Source of the DNA: Bacteriovoracia bacterium
GTDB lineage: Bacteria > Bdellovibrionota > Bacteriovoracia > Bacteriovoracales > Bacteriovoracaceae
Assembly: GCA_046570105.1 (NCBI GenBank)
Contig: JBKHVI010000011.1
Coordinates: 1 to 60,449, forward strand
Length of the DNA stretch: 60,449 nucleotides
Reading direction: 5' to 3'
Shown here piece after piece: positions 19,047 through 27,854 of this stretch (position 1 is the stretch's first letter; each line of letters begins with the position of its first letter). The notes beneath the pieces are model-generated. The model ran no database searches, was not told the origin of the DNA, and saw only the letters and a list, made by a program, of their open reading frames with translations. Made by a program: the position numbers and the translations under genes.

Positions 19047-19483
19047 TTACCCTCAATGGAGTTGAGCACTTCTTGCGCCATCTCATGCGAGATGCCACCC
19101 TTATGAATCAGACCCAATACTCGTTCATTGGAGACTTTAATCCGCAGACTCAATTGCTGAAGCATTTCAAAAGCAAATGTCGGATCACGACGAATTTTTA
19201 AAAGAAAGCCACCCGGTTGCAAAATTAATAAGCGCGTTGCTCCACGGGCGCGGGCACCAGCGAAGCGAGGACCACCTTGTAAAAGGGCCATATCACCAAA
19301 AAAATCACCCTTCTCAAAAGTCGCAAGCTTCATCTCACCTTGTGGTGTCTGTTTGATGATATCGACTGAACCTTCTTGAATAATATACAAATCACGATTG
19401 TGATCACCTTCAGCGAAGACCCATTGGCCATCGTTAAAGGTTTGAATCTTTTCAAAGGTGAAGCGCTTGTCTAATAAACTCAT
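19043..19483 (-). CDS. Stand-alone cyclic-nucleotide-binding domain protein
   Basis: VFAEGD...LYIIQEGSV...GDFFGDMALL...PRFA; no HTH. Confidence 0.88.
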   Translation of the reverse strand: MSLLDKRFTFEKIQTFNDGQWVFAEGDHNRDLYIIQEGSVDIIKQTPQGEMKLATFEKGDFFGDMALLQGGPRFAGARARGATRLLILQPGGFLLKIRRDPTFAFEMLQQLSLRIKVSNERVLGLIHKGGISHEMAQEVLNSIEGK

Positions 19484-19554
19484 TCCCCTATTCTAGCGCG
19501 CTTCTAGAAAAATTTGGGGTCAGTTTATACCAAAGCCTAATTGTCGGTTTTCAT

Positions 19555-20205
19555 TCAACCTAGGTTGTTAAAACTAAATTTATCTCTCGTAGAATAAGGA
19601 AATTCGCCAGAGGTATGCTTCTTCACAGCATATCCTGGATATTGGCCCTTTCTGATGGCCTGTATAAACTCTTCCTTGGTGAGAACAATACGTCGCTTCA
19701 TGTCTAAAAACTCGATATTGGCACCAGTACGATTTTCTAGAATCTTAATAACAAATGTTTTCGGTTTGCGTTTTATTGCTCTATCGCCGCGATACTTTCT
19801 TTCATCACGAGGATCAAGGATCAAACTACCCTTCTTCAATTCTATCAAAAGTAAGTCGAACAATTCACGTCGTGTCTTAGCTTTTTTTGCTATTTTTCTA
19901 CCGATTGCATTATTCCATAAATCCATATTGTCGGCGTGACTGCCTTCAACTCCATAGTCGAAATCGATCAACTCATTTAAGCGACCAAGCAGATCTGAAG
20001 TCTTTTCACTGTACTCCATCGTATAAACACCGGCGACATAAGCATGCCTCAAGGCATCTACATCATTATCAACTAACCCAAGGGCCGCTGGATCAATTGT
20101 CCCATCTGGCTTTTTAGTTAACGGTCGAACTTCTTTATCGAATAATGCATAAAGCTCTCTAAGAGCTTCATCTTTTAAGCTGAAAATTTTAGTCAATGTG
20201 CTCAT
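19555..20205 (-). CDS. Hypothetical protein: DUF6973-like N-domain plus DUF3892-like C-domain
   Basis: DALRHAY and MDLWNNAIGR motifs; C-terminal YSTRD...NNLG. Confidence 0.6.
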   Translation of the reverse strand: MSTLTKIFSLKDEALRELYALFDKEVRPLTKKPDGTIDPAALGLVDNDVDALRHAYVAGVYTMEYSEKTSDLLGRLNELIDFDYGVEGSHADNMDLWNNAIGRKIAKKAKTRRELFDLLLIELKKGSLILDPRDERKYRGDRAIKRKPKTFVIKILENRTGANIEFLDMKRRIVLTKEEFIQAIRKGQYPGYAVKKHTSGEFPYSTRDKFSFNNLG

Positions 20206-20224
20206 ATAAAAATATTATATCCAA

Positions 20225-20995
20225 ATGAGAATAAAACTCATCAGTCTTATCCTTTTAATTGCTCTTGTTTTGGGAGCAATCTATCTGCACACCATCTCAA
20301 TTGATGTAAGTCATCACAAAATTCATCTCGGAAAAAGTGGACGAATTATTCGGATAGCTCATCTCACTGACCTGCACACTCAAGGACTAATGCGCATCGA
20401 GCAGAAGATGATCGAAGTGCTGGAAAAAGAAAAACCCGATTTGATTGTTATTACCGGGGATCTTGCAACACCTGATGGAACATTTGAAGGCTACTATGCC
20501 GTTCTAAGTAAACTCCATGCAAAGCTGGGTGTTTATTTTGTTTCTGGCAACTGGGAATACTGGGAGCCTATCCCTGAATTTGAAAAATTACTGACTTTAG
20601 CTAAAATTGAAAATCTAAACAACAAAGTAAAAGAAATCGACAAAGGACTTTGGCTCGTTGGATTTGATGATGCCTTAGAGGGACAACCCGACTTAAGTAT
20701 TTTAGATATTATACCCCAGAGTGATATTAAAATTTCACTCTTTCACTCTCCTGTTTATTTCCAAGAAACAAAATCTAAAATTCAACTCAGTCTGGCCGGA
20801 CATTCTCATGGAGGGCAATTATTGATTCCGTTTATTGGAAGCTTCTGGCTTCCAACAGGCACAGGCAAGTATGAACAGGGTTGGTTTAAAGAGAATCAGT
20901 CTTTGATGTATGTATCAAGAGGCATTGGAACCTCAATTCTGCCAGTCAGGTTTAATTGTTCACCTGAGCTGGCAATTATTGAAGTCCACTACTAA
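20225..20995 (+). CDS. YkuE-like metallophosphoesterase
   Basis: TDLH, TGD, GNWE, LAGHSHGGQ and YVSRGIG motifs; N-terminal TM. Confidence 0.9.
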   Translation: MRIKLISLILLIALVLGAIYLHTISIDVSHHKIHLGKSGRIIRIAHLTDLHTQGLMRIEQKMIEVLEKEKPDLIVITGDLATPDGTFEGYYAVLSKLHAKLGVYFVSGNWEYWEPIPEFEKLLTLAKIENLNNKVKEIDKGLWLVGFDDALEGQPDLSILDIIPQSDIKISLFHSPVYFQETKSKIQLSLAGHSHGGQLLIPFIGSFWLPTGTGKYEQGWFKENQSLMYVSRGIGTSILPVRFNCSPELAIIEVHY

Positions 20996-22539
20996 GCTTT
21001 CATCATCAAATCTTCAAATGAACTGAGACCCGCCTTCGCTCCCTCTCCCATCGCGATAATGATCTGCTTAAATGGCACAGTTGTTACATCACCTGCCGCG
21101 TAAATCCCGGGTACATTAGTGCGGCATTTGGCATCGATTTGAATTTCGCCAAATTTATTCATCTCCACCACATCTTTCATAAAGCTGCTATTAGGGACTA
21201 ATCCAATCTGTACGAAAATTCCGGCCACTTCAACAGACTTCATTTCACCATTGGAGCGATCCTCGTATTTGAGCGCCTGCACTCCTTCAGCATCACCCAC
21301 CACTTCAGCGGTACGAGCGTTTTTAATAATGCGTGCATTCGGCAGTGACATCAATTTATCGACCAGCACTTTATCTGCTTTAAGTTCTGGCATAAATTCA
21401 AAGAGCGTCACAGATTTTACAATCGCCGCTAAATCAATCGCCGCTTCCACGCCAGAGTTACCACCACCGACAACTGCAATGTCTTTGCCTTTGAAATAAG
21501 GTCCATCACAGTGCGGGCAATAGGCCACACCTCGGCCTAAGTATTCTTTCTCACCTGGGATATTAAGATTTCGCCATTTCGCGCCGGTCGCAACGATCAG
21601 TGATTTAGCATCAAGCTCTTCCCCACTCTCCAAAATGATATGAGTCACATCACCTTTCTCGACGGTTTTGACTCGTCTGTGCTCCATGACTTCGATGGGA
21701 TAATCGCGCATATGCTCCATCAATTCATGGGCAAGCTTTGGCCCTTCGGTATATTTTTGCGATATTAAATTCTCGATGCCTTTCGTGTCTTTAACTTGCC
21801 CGCCGATTTTTTCTGCAATGATAGCGGTCTTTAATCCTTTGCGTGCGCTATAGATTGCTGCTGATGCGCCGGCCGGACCTGATCCCAGAATGACCACATC
21901 ATAAGTGCCCAAATCTCGCTTCTGTACTGACGCTTCTTTTTTTCCAAAGAGTGCTTCGAGTTTTTCTAAAAGATCTAAGAGACTCGCTTTACCTGAACTG
22001 ATGAGTTTATCGGCATGAATCACACTCGGAACACCTTGAATGCCCAAGCGTTTAATATCGCTTTCAACAAACTCTCCATCAATCATCGAGTGATGAAAGT
22101 TCTCATGCAACAGACTCATGAGATTCAAGGCCTGCACCACCTCGGGGCAATTCTCACAACTCAAAGACACATAAGTCTCTAAGCGAATTTCACCTTTAAG
22201 GTTTTTGATTCTTTCTATTAAATGCTGATCAGGCAGTTTTCCTTTCAGATCAGCATTTAAAATCGCGAGCACCAGCGAGGTGAACTCATGTCCACCAGGT
22301 ATTCCCTTGAATCTTACGCCCGTAAGTTTCCCTCGGTATTCCAATTGAAACTGCGGAAAGTCTGTCGATGCTTCATTCATACGCAGACTTAATAAGGGTG
22401 AGCACTCTACGAGACCCTTCAGCATCTCGAGAAGTTCAGCTTGCTTAGCGTGAGTTGATTCACTCACCACAAGACTCACTGGATTCTCGAGTTTTTGAAA
22501 CACACTCTTTAATTGCTCTTTTAATTCCTGGTCCAACAT
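20992..22539 (-). CDS. ahpF: Alkyl hydroperoxide reductase subunit F
   Basis: CENC, GSGPAG, CPHCDG and GGGNSG motifs; start ATG 22539 after GAGGAGG. Confidence 0.97.
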   Translation of the reverse strand: MLDQELKEQLKSVFQKLENPVSLVVSESTHAKQAELLEMLKGLVECSPLLSLRMNEASTDFPQFQLEYRGKLTGVRFKGIPGGHEFTSLVLAILNADLKGKLPDQHLIERIKNLKGEIRLETYVSLSCENCPEVVQALNLMSLLHENFHHSMIDGEFVESDIKRLGIQGVPSVIHADKLISSGKASLLDLLEKLEALFGKKEASVQKRDLGTYDVVILGSGPAGASAAIYSARKGLKTAIIAEKIGGQVKDTKGIENLISQKYTEGPKLAHELMEHMRDYPIEVMEHRRVKTVEKGDVTHIILESGEELDAKSLIVATGAKWRNLNIPGEKEYLGRGVAYCPHCDGPYFKGKDIAVVGGGNSGVEAAIDLAAIVKSVTLFEFMPELKADKVLVDKLMSLPNARIIKNARTAEVVGDAEGVQALKYEDRSNGEMKSVEVAGIFVQIGLVPNSSFMKDVVEMNKFGEIQIDAKCRTNVPGIYAAGDVTTVPFKQIIIAMGEGAKAGLSSFEDLMMKA

Positions 22540-22564
22540 AAATCCTCCTCGCGTAAGACTTTCC

Positions 22565-23131
22565 TTAGATTTTTCCGACGAGATCAAGTCCTGGCTTCAA
22601 GGTCTGTGATCCTGGCTTCCACTTCGCTGGACACACTTCATTAGGATGATTGTGAATGAATTGGGCCGCCTGAACTTTACGCAACAACTCTTCAGCATTG
22701 CGACCGATACCGTTGTCATTGATCTCTGCCATCTTGATCAAACCATCTGGGTTCACTAAGAATGTGCCACGGTAAGCAAGCCCTTCTTCTTCGATATAAA
22801 CACCGAAGGCGCGTGAAAGATGGCCGGTGGGATCAGCAAGCATCGGGTAATTAATTTTCTTAATTGATTCCGAAGTGTCATGCCATGCTTTGTGAGTGAA
22901 GTGGGTATCAGTTGAAACTGAATAGACTTCTACTCCCATTTTTTTAAATTCTTCATACTTTTCAGCGACGTCCACCAGTTCTGTAGGACAGACAAAAGTG
23001 AAGTCGGCCGGGTAGAAGAAAAAGATCGCCCACTTACCTTTAAGGTCAGCATCGGTCACTGTCTTAAAAGCATTGTTGTGGTAAGCTTGCGCCTTGAAAG
23101 TTGGTAGTTTGCTGTTAATTAATGTTGTCAT
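22565..23131 (-). CDS. ahpC: Alkyl hydroperoxide reductase subunit C
   Basis: FYPADFTFVCPTE and EVCPAKW motifs. Confidence 0.98.
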   Translation of the reverse strand: MTTLINSKLPTFKAQAYHNNAFKTVTDADLKGKWAIFFFYPADFTFVCPTELVDVAEKYEEFKKMGVEVYSVSTDTHFTHKAWHDTSESIKKINYPMLADPTGHLSRAFGVYIEEEGLAYRGTFLVNPDGLIKMAEINDNGIGRNAEELLRKVQAAQFIHNHPNEVCPAKWKPGSQTLKPGLDLVGKI

Positions 23132-23200
23132 AAAAGCTCCTTAAAAATTTTGTTTGCTCTTCACGTTCCCCATCTTCGGCCCAAAACGATTTTCTTTCCA

Positions 23201-23236
23201 ATCCTTGTTTTCTATGACGAGATAGCTAATATCTAT
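23201..23236 (-). promoter_or_regulatory. OxyR binding site upstream of ahpC
   Basis: ATCC-N7-CTAT-N6-ATAG-N7-CTAT; 23222-23236 ATAGctaatatCTAT matches ATAGntnnnanCTAT exactly. Confidence 0.7.
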
Positions 23237-23337
23237 CACTTGAAAAGTCATTAATTTCATATACTTAGACAAATACTAGCCTGGGCCTTGTCACACCCAT
23301 TGAGTGTGTTACGTTAACCTTGTAAGCGAGGTATCTT

Positions 23338-23886
23338 ATGCGCCTACTTTTATTGTTCTTAGGACTGATCTCAATGGCGGAGGCACGAGTGAAAACAGAA
23401 ACTGCAACGTTGGCCGGAGGATGCTTCTGGGGCATGGAAGAAATTATTAAAGGCATTCCTGGTGTGATCTCTACCCAAGTGGGTTACACCGGAGGTAGTA
23501 CAGAGAATGCCTCTTATATTCATGTGAAGACTGGCCAAACTGGCCATGCAGAAGCCGTACAAATTGAATTTGATCCAACGAAACTCAAATACGAAACACT
23601 CATTGAGTGGTTTTTCCGGATGCATGATCCCACCACCAAAAATCAGCAAGGCAACGATATCGGGTCTCAATATCGCTCAGCTATTTTTTATCATTCACCG
23701 GAGCAGCGAGCGGCGGCAGAACGTGTGATCGCTCGTGTCGATAAAAGTGGCGCTTGGAAAAAACCTGTCGTAACGGAATTGGTGGCGGCAAGTAAGTGGT
23801 ATGATGCGGAAGAGTACCACCAGGATTATTTGAAGAAGAATCCCGGTGGCTATACTTGTCATTGGGTCAGAAAAGTTGATTTCTAA
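23338..23886 (+). CDS. msrA: Peptide-methionine (S)-S-oxide reductase with signal peptide
   Basis: GGCFWG, GHAE, GSQYRS and AEEYHQDY motifs; N-terminal signal peptide. Confidence 0.95.
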   Translation: MRLLLLFLGLISMAEARVKTETATLAGGCFWGMEEIIKGIPGVISTQVGYTGGSTENASYIHVKTGQTGHAEAVQIEFDPTKLKYETLIEWFFRMHDPTTKNQQGNDIGSQYRSAIFYHSPEQRAAAERVIARVDKSGAWKKPVVTELVAASKWYDAEEYHQDYLKKNPGGYTCHWVRKVDF

Positions 23887-24828
23887 TTAACGAACATCTT
23901 TCAAAGCAAAAAACTCACCAATCATCTCGGCGCCGCAAACCTTGGCGTCGAGAATATAGCTTTGCGCTTTTCCGCAGCCGGCACTTGGATTGACCGGAAT
24001 ACCGTGCTTCATATTCGGAATGGTGATCGCTTTTACAACTGTTTTACCTGTGGCCGTTTTGAAGTCTTGCACATTGTGTGTGCCCAAATTCTCTGTGCTC
24101 GAAGGAATGTTCTTGATCTTATGAACTGCTGTCCATTGATCCACTAAGAATCCTGCGTTTTTAAAGTTCACCACTTCATCACTGGTTCCGTGCATGATGA
24201 GAACTTGTGGCCATGTGCCAGCGAAGTTACCGGCAGATTGCATCACAAGACGTGCGCGTTCAGCGGGAGTTGTGCCTGCACCAACAGTGGCGTACATACA
24301 CAAGAAAGCATTGCCCATATTAGTTCCACAGCCATGAGGAACTCCGGCGATAATGGCGACACCTTTAAAGACTTCAGGATAATTGGCAAGAATCGAGCTC
24401 GCCATCGCTGCTCCCGCACTAAAGCCCACCAGATAAAGCTTCTGTGCATCGATGGTGTATTCGCGCGACATATAATCAATCATTGAGAAGATCGAAGCGG
24501 CTTCCCCTTTCTCACGAGAATAGTCCGCGGGCTGGAACCAGTTAAAGCATCTGAAGTTGTTATTGCCGCTCTTCTGCTGAGGAAGCAAAAGGTAGAAACC
24601 TTTTTTTTCTGCTAGCTGAATCAGGCCACCCGGAGCAGCGACATCTGCTGCACCTTGAGCACAGCCATGAAGTGCGATCAACATGCCTGGAGTGCGCGCC
24701 AATTTTTTCGGGATATGCACCAGCATTTCAAGATCACCTGGGTTGCTACCAAACTGTGCAACACGAGTCAGTGTTTGAGCAAAGGCGGGAGCTGAAATCA
24801 AAACAAGTATGAGACTTAAAAGACGCAT
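23887..24828 (-). CDS. Secreted PHB depolymerase family esterase
   Basis: FGSNPGDL, LHGCAQ, CFNWF, GFSAG nucleophile, HGTSD. Confidence 0.88.
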   Translation of the reverse strand: MRLLSLILVLISAPAFAQTLTRVAQFGSNPGDLEMLVHIPKKLARTPGMLIALHGCAQGAADVAAPGGLIQLAEKKGFYLLLPQQKSGNNNFRCFNWFQPADYSREKGEAASIFSMIDYMSREYTIDAQKLYLVGFSAGAAMASSILANYPEVFKGVAIIAGVPHGCGTNMGNAFLCMYATVGAGTTPAERARLVMQSAGNFAGTWPQVLIMHGTSDEVVNFKNAGFLVDQWTAVHKIKNIPSSTENLGTHNVQDFKTATGKTVVKAITIPNMKHGIPVNPSAGCGKAQSYILDAKVCGAEMIGEFFALKDVR

Positions 24829-25015
24829 CGTTCACCTCGAAAAATAGACAGAGGTGACCAACTACCATGCCATTTTGAGTCTTGAAAGCTGAAGATGCGC
24901 GGACGCAAATAATGATTTCCACATGTTGAATTCTGACCGACTTCCTTCTTACCAACTTCTTGAAAGAACTACACTCTCCCTAGTTAACGCGAAGCTCTAG
25001 AGGCATACTCCGGCC

Positions 25016-25972
25016 ATGAGTAAACGAATCTTCTTGGCACTGCTTTTGGCCGTTTTAAACACCGCTCACGCGCAAATCGTGAAAGGTTTTACTGCCCAAT
25101 CACTTAGTAAATCTGAACTCACTACTACCGAAAAATTCTGGCTCAACCCGATGGGTCCTCTCGCCCGCGGCCGAGGTGTGACTGGAAGCTATGGCCCACT
25201 AGGAACATTAGGTCCCTTTGGAGATAATTTTTGGAATGCCACATTTGTCATGAACATGATGGGCAACTGGCAAGATTTTGCTCAGACTCTCACTCACCTC
25301 TATGGTCCTCTTAGTCAACAAGGGCCACTTTTTCTCACTTCTGAGTTAGCTCAAAACTGGGCAAGCTTCGCATTGCCCGCTTCAGTTCGAGAGATACTGG
25401 CACCTGGTGGCGTACTTCATGCCGTTGGAAATGCAGGTCCATTGGGTCCACTTGGTATTGCCGGTCCGTTGGGCCCAAATGGGGCCCACGGCTTTGATCG
25501 AAATGAGCGAGGTGATTACCTCAACAAATCAAACCGCGTGGTTAAAAGTGTCACGGTGGAATTAAATAATAAGAAAGAGCGTTTTGATCTTTATGAACTC
25601 TACGCTAGCGATAAGCTCACTCAGACCGAGGCACTAGATACTTCGTTTGCCTCGCGTGGTGAACTTTCACAACTATCAAGTGTCTCGTTTAAAATTAAAG
25701 CCACTCGCTCCGAGTGGATCAATCTCCTTGTCGTGAATGAATACGAGCTAGACCGCTTTGCGCTCAAAGTAACTGATGAGCGAGGAAAGAGTTATCTTTC
25801 TGATTCAGTTAACCTGAGTGCATTTGTGAATGTCTTGGTAAAGGCGGGTACGGTGCTTTCAGTTGAGGTGAAGCATGTTGGTTCTGCACATTTTTTGGCA
25901 AAAAAACCTTATCGCTTGTTCGTCACAGGCTCACGTGGAATGCCAGCTGTAGTTCGTGATTATCAATTCTGA
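25016..25972 (+). CDS. Secreted protein with GPLG repeats
   Basis: Signal peptide; GPLGTLGPFG and GPLGPLGIAGPLGPNG segments. Confidence 0.75.
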   Translation: MSKRIFLALLLAVLNTAHAQIVKGFTAQSLSKSELTTTEKFWLNPMGPLARGRGVTGSYGPLGTLGPFGDNFWNATFVMNMMGNWQDFAQTLTHLYGPLSQQGPLFLTSELAQNWASFALPASVREILAPGGVLHAVGNAGPLGPLGIAGPLGPNGAHGFDRNERGDYLNKSNRVVKSVTVELNNKKERFDLYELYASDKLTQTEALDTSFASRGELSQLSSVSFKIKATRSEWINLLVVNEYELDRFALKVTDERGKSYLSDSVNLSAFVNVLVKAGTVLSVEVKHVGSAHFLAKKPYRLFVTGSRGMPAVVRDYQF

Positions 25973-26640
25973 GGGATGAAAGGAATCTTCGTCTCGTTAT
26001 CCCAACCATCAGCAGCAGTTTTTTCGTCCCACGCTTGAATTTCGGCACCCCAGCCTTCTGGCCCATCTTTCTTTTGGGGTCTTCCCCAACGACAGACGAC
26101 CTCAAAAGTTTTTTGTGGGAGTGTTCCTCGATCGATGACCAGTTGAAAGAGTGCGCCTACCTTTGGCAAAGGACCGCCCGGAACAAAAAATCCACCACGC
26201 CCGTAGCTAAGCTTCTCTTCACCAACAGTCGTGATTTTGTCGCACTTCACTTCGCGCATCCATCGCTCGGTCAAAGGCTTCACAAGCTTCTCACAGAGTT
26301 CAAAAAGTGAGTCCATATCAAAGGGTTTATTGACGACGGCTTCAGCACCGCGACCTAAGGCCTCAGCGACTGTAATATCCGCAAAACCGGTGATCAGAAT
26401 AACCGGCAAATTCACTCTTGTTTTGCGAATTGTATCGAGTAATTCAACACCTGAAGAACCTGGCATGCGGATATCCGAGATAACCAGCGCTACGTCATGG
26501 CCCTCAATAAGGTCTAATGCCTGCTTAACATTGTGGGCCATGAGAGTATTCGCCCCCAAACTGGCCAGTTCTGTCGCCAGAATCTCGCAGAGATCTTTCT
26601 CATCATCGACGACCAATACTGTTTTACCCTTGAGTTCCAT
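25963..26640 (-). CDS. Response regulator with degenerate PilZ-like C-terminus
   Basis: VVDDE, ISDIRMP, KPF; C-terminal GRGGFFV...VCRW...GWGAEI. Confidence 0.85.
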   Translation of the reverse strand: MELKGKTVLVVDDEKDLCEILATELASLGANTLMAHNVKQALDLIEGHDVALVISDIRMPGSSGVELLDTIRKTRVNLPVILITGFADITVAEALGRGAEAVVNKPFDMDSLFELCEKLVKPLTERWMREVKCDKITTVGEEKLSYGRGGFFVPGGPLPKVGALFQLVIDRGTLPQKTFEVVCRWGRPQKKDGPEGWGAEIQAWDEKTAADGWDNETKIPFIPQN

Positions 26641-26690
26641 AGGTCTCCCAGTTTAACCTGGAATGGGCCAGTTCACCAAGGAGCGTACAC

Positions 26691-27080
26691 GTGAAAATCT
26701 CACAAAAAATGAATTTTAAGAATTACTTGCGACTCGCGTTTGCTGCAGTACTTAGTTTTGGGGCCTTAAATGCCTTAGCGCAAAAGAAAGTGCAAACGGC
26801 TGCACCCAAAGTCGACATGGGGCGTTTGGTTTTTCATGCTTGTAAAAACGAATGTTCGGCTAAAAAAGCGGTTAAAAAACTTACGACTTTCAGCATGCCT
26901 AAAGCGAAAGAAGGTATGAAAAATCCTCTCGGCATAAATGTTTGCCAAGAACAACTCAAAGGTCAATTCGCTTTCATCAAGCTAAAAGGTAAAGAGCGTG
27001 GTGTTTGTCAGTTCACTGATGGCAGCTCGGTTGAGCTGGCCGGTCTTCACACAGAATCTGAAAAATTTATTCAGCCATAA
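26691..27080 (+). CDS. Secreted Cys-containing protein, DUF333-like
   Basis: Signal peptide; NPLGINVC...G...GVCQFTDGS; AAGGAG RBS. Confidence 0.65.
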   Translation: MKISQKMNFKNYLRLAFAAVLSFGALNALAQKKVQTAAPKVDMGRLVFHACKNECSAKKAVKKLTTFSMPKAKEGMKNPLGINVCQEQLKGQFAFIKLKGKERGVCQFTDGSSVELAGLHTESEKFIQP

Positions 27081-27082
27081 AT

Positions 27083-27107
27083 CAAAGGCCCCCAACGGGG
27101 GCCTTTG
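27083..27107. terminator. Bidirectional terminator hairpin
   Basis: CAAAGGCCCCC-loop-GGGGGCCTTTG between convergent genes. Confidence 0.75.
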
Positions 27108-27233
27108 TTAGCGAGTTCCTGCTGGTGCCGGAGTAATTTCCGGTAGAGTGGGTTTGTCTTTCTCACACGCCATCGCTTGCGAAAGTGAAGCAACGATTAG
27201 CAGGGCGGCCAATAAAGAAATATTTTTAAACAT
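27108..27233 (-). CDS. Unannotated 41-aa secreted peptide
   Basis: MFKNISLLAALLIVASLSQAMACEKDKPTLPEITPAPAGTR; AAGGAGG RBS; stop codon abuts the terminator. Confidence 0.7.
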   Translation of the reverse strand: MFKNISLLAALLIVASLSQAMACEKDKPTLPEITPAPAGTR

Positions 27234-27283
27234 AACGACCTCCTTGATAACTCTAAGGTAGGCCTTATCCGTAGTTTTGGATA

Positions 27284-27319
27284 ATCGATAAAACTGATGA
27301 TTTGATTGTTAAAAACTAA
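27284..27319 (-). promoter_or_regulatory. OxyR/LysR-type binding site upstream of the small peptide
   Basis: ATCG-N7-TGAT-N6-ATTG-N7-CTAA, same spacing as the ahpC box. Confidence 0.4.
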
Positions 27320-27759
27320 AAGTAGATACGAAGTCCCGCTACCAAATGACCTTCTAAGTCGGTTTTAGAAATGAAATCAATGATAGGTGCCACTTCGACA
27401 TAAGTTTCAATTTGTCGGTCATGAAAATAAGCGGCAAGTCCTATCGGTAAGCGCACTCCAAGCTCGATTTCATCATCAAACTTCATGCGTCCACCTGCAC
27501 CAAAATAAAAATCCAGTGGCTCAGTGTCTTTAAAATAAAGTGCATCGGTTTTGTGCCAGAGATAATCACTAAAAAGCATAAAATGAGGATTGGGACCAAT
27601 TGACCAAGCGGCACCCACGTCGATCGCTTGAGCACTCTTCACCCATTTCTTGGCGGTAAAGCCCACTGGGTGGCCAATCATCGCACCTACCCCAATATCA
27701 TGAGAGGAATGCGCTTGAGTGATCCAACATAGCATTATAAGGCTTAAAAAGAGCTTCAT
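27316..27759 (-). CDS. Small outer-membrane beta-barrel protein
   Basis: Signal peptide; amphipathic strands; C-terminal GLRIYF. Confidence 0.8.
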   Translation of the reverse strand: MKLFLSLIMLCWITQAHSSHDIGVGAMIGHPVGFTAKKWVKSAQAIDVGAAWSIGPNPHFMLFSDYLWHKTDALYFKDTEPLDFYFGAGGRMKFDDEIELGVRLPIGLAAYFHDRQIETYVEVAPIIDFISKTDLEGHLVAGLRIYF

Positions 27760-27854
27760 AGCGCCATTTTCACTCTCTTGAGGAGAGCTTGTAAACTATG
27801 AAACATCTTCAATCTTTCACCGCAAAGTCATGTTTTGCGTCATAATGGCGCCCT

